Shown in pieces: positions 6,639 to 8,127 of a DNA stretch of 8,127 nucleotides; position 1 is the first letter of the stretch, and each line of letters opens with the position of its first letter. Made by a program: the position numbers and the translations under genes. The stretch spans positions 1-8,127 of the forward strand of contig JAQGDQ010002530.1 of the NCBI GenBank assembly GCA_030141605.1. The letters are read 5' to 3'. The DNA is from Tubiluchus corallicola (taxonomy: Eukaryota > Animalia > Priapulida). The notes under the pieces are model-generated. The model searched no databases. It was not told where the DNA came from and saw nothing but the letters and a program-made list of their open reading frames with translations.

Positions 6639-7550
6639 TTAAAACAACTTGGCTCTTTTGAGTAAATATTGTTCTAATATTTGCTTGAAATTATCCCGTA
6701 TATCCGCCTCCACAAAATCTATATTATATTCTGCACATTTTAGCTTTAGCTTTCTATGATACTGCCTTATGGTTTGTTGGTATTTTTCTCTTATCTGATT
6801 CGGATTGAGATGTAATTTTTCGTTGGTTTCTATATCTATAAACTTATAAGGTCTATCTTGTAGATTAAGCTGCTGTTCGGTACTTTTGTCTACGATGTGA
6901 AAAATAATAATTTCGTGTTTTTGATGTCTTAAATGCGCAAGTGCATTATAAAGTTCTTCAGGCTTGTATGTGTTGAGTAGGTCAGTAAATAGTATAATAA
7001 ACGAACGTTTATACAGAGTATCAGCTACTTTATGCAATATCTCTGGGAGGTTTGTTTTCTGTTTGGTTTCGGTTTTTCTGTTAAGCAACCTATCCAAATG
7101 TGCAAACAATGTTTTTGTATGACTGATGTTGAGGCGACTGGGTGTATGTAAGTTGATATTCTCATCAAACAAGGTAAGTCCTACAGCATCGCGTTGCTTT
7201 CGTAGCAAATGTATCAATGCAGCTGTAGTGTATAAAGCATAGTTGAGTTTGTTATTGTCCGTGTTTTGTGGGTACTGCATAGAAGAAGAAGTATCTATAA
7301 GTATTTGGCTTCGGAGGTTAGTTTCTTCTTCATACTTTTTAACATACAGTTTTTCTGTGCGAGCAAAGAGCTTCCAATCTATATGTCGAGTAGGTTCTCC
7401 TGCATTGTAAATAGAATGCTCAGCAAACTCTACCGAAAATCCATGGTAAGGGCTTTTGTGCAACCCAAGTATAAAGCCTTCTATTATTTGTTTGGCAATA
7501 AGTTCCAAACTCTTTATTTGTAATTGCTCTATGTTATTGAGAGTCTGCAT
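6639..7550 (-). CDS. DUF58-domain / vWA-type protein (family often associated with MoxR ATPases)
   Basis: 303 aa. GLHKSPYHGFSVEFAEH..Y..GE..RHIDWKLFART..LYVK.YEEETN signature, MIDAS-like IDTSSSM, DAVGL, FTDL. Confidence 0.93.
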   Translation of the reverse strand: MQTLNNIEQLQIKSLELIAKQIIEGFILGLHKSPYHGFSVEFAEHSIYNAGEPTRHIDWKLFARTEKLYVKKYEEETNLRSQILIDTSSSMQYPQNTDNNKLNYALYTTAALIHLLRKQRDAVGLTLFDENINLHTPSRLNISHTKTLFAHLDRLLNRKTETKQKTNLPEILHKVADTLYKRSFIILFTDLLNTYKPEELYNALAHLRHQKHEIIIFHIVDKSTEQQLNLQDRPYKFIDIETNEKLHLNPNQIREKYQQTIRQYHRKLKLKCAEYNIDFVEADIRDNFKQILEQYLLKRAKLF

Positions 7551-7618
7551 CGAATTTGGATAGGAATATGATAAAAATTAAGCAACCTGTGCTGTTAAAC
7601 TAAACTTATATGATTTTG

Positions 7619-7990
7619 TTAAGACTTAATTATTAAATCTGCCGATGCAGTATTAAGTGCTATGGGAACATTATTGATAGTAGCTGTTCTAATTAAGGTT
7701 TGAATATCGTGTTCGTGTCCTTGTGGAGTTTCGCAATCTATTAAGAATATTATTTTACCTATCTCATTATTTAGTATCTTTGCCGCTAGTAAGATATCTC
7801 CGCCGCTTGGGCCGTGTCCAAAAGGAATGATATTAAGGTCTAACACATTATTCAGAAGTTCTGCTGTGTGAGATGTTCCAATCAACTTATAATGTAAAAG
7901 GTCCTTCTTATTTTGTTTCGCCCAATTCAATAATTTGTTTTTTTTCTTATCGTGAGCCACTAAAGCTATTGTCGTAGTGTTATCTGTCAT
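7619..7990 (-). CDS. mgsA: Methylglyoxal synthase (divergent)
   Basis: 123 aa. IALVAHDKKK, GPSGGD, IFLID, HEHD..TLIR, NVPIALN.ASAD. Catalytic residues align without gaps to E. coli MgsA numbering (offset 6). Confidence 0.88.
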   Translation of the reverse strand: MTDNTTTIALVAHDKKKNKLLNWAKQNKKDLLHYKLIGTSHTAELLNNVLDLNIIPFGHGPSGGDILLAAKILNNEIGKIIFLIDCETPQGHEHDIQTLIRTATINNVPIALNTASADLIIKS

Positions 7991-8127
7991 AAATCTATTT
8001 TCTTTTTAAAATTTAATGGAAGTAAAATATTTAAACACCCTCCCTCCTAAATACCTCTGAATTGTTTTTCTATTAAAAGAATCTTAATTGAATTTTACAG
8101 CTTTTACCGCTCAAAAAGGAATAAACA

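Noticed and set aside
7266-7523. 85-aa + strand ORF
   Set aside because: It is an antisense shadow of the DUF58 gene.

Overview
AT-rich Bacteroidota chromosomal window. It starts inside sprA/sov (T9SS translocon; C-terminal ~1080 aa, + strand) and ends with three housekeeping-type genes: a beta-carbonic anhydrase (+), a DUF58/vWA protein (-) and a divergent methylglyoxal synthase (-). Between them (about 3250-5800) is a small accessory island on the - strand. In order, it has a consensus Bacteroidota promoter, the C-terminal stub of an IS1595-family transposase, and an intact, translationally coupled ImmA/IrrE-type HEXXH metallopeptidase + DUF4411 PIN-domain pair (predicted toxin-antitoxin / RosmerTA-like defence module). 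These are followed by a ~120-bp imperfect hairpin and up to three IS1595-like end motifs. The best reading is a decayed IS1595 'transporter' element whose passenger TA module survived. The G/C strand bias also appears to flip across the island, hinting at a rearrangement junction. All family calls come from motif recognition by eye; no searches were run.
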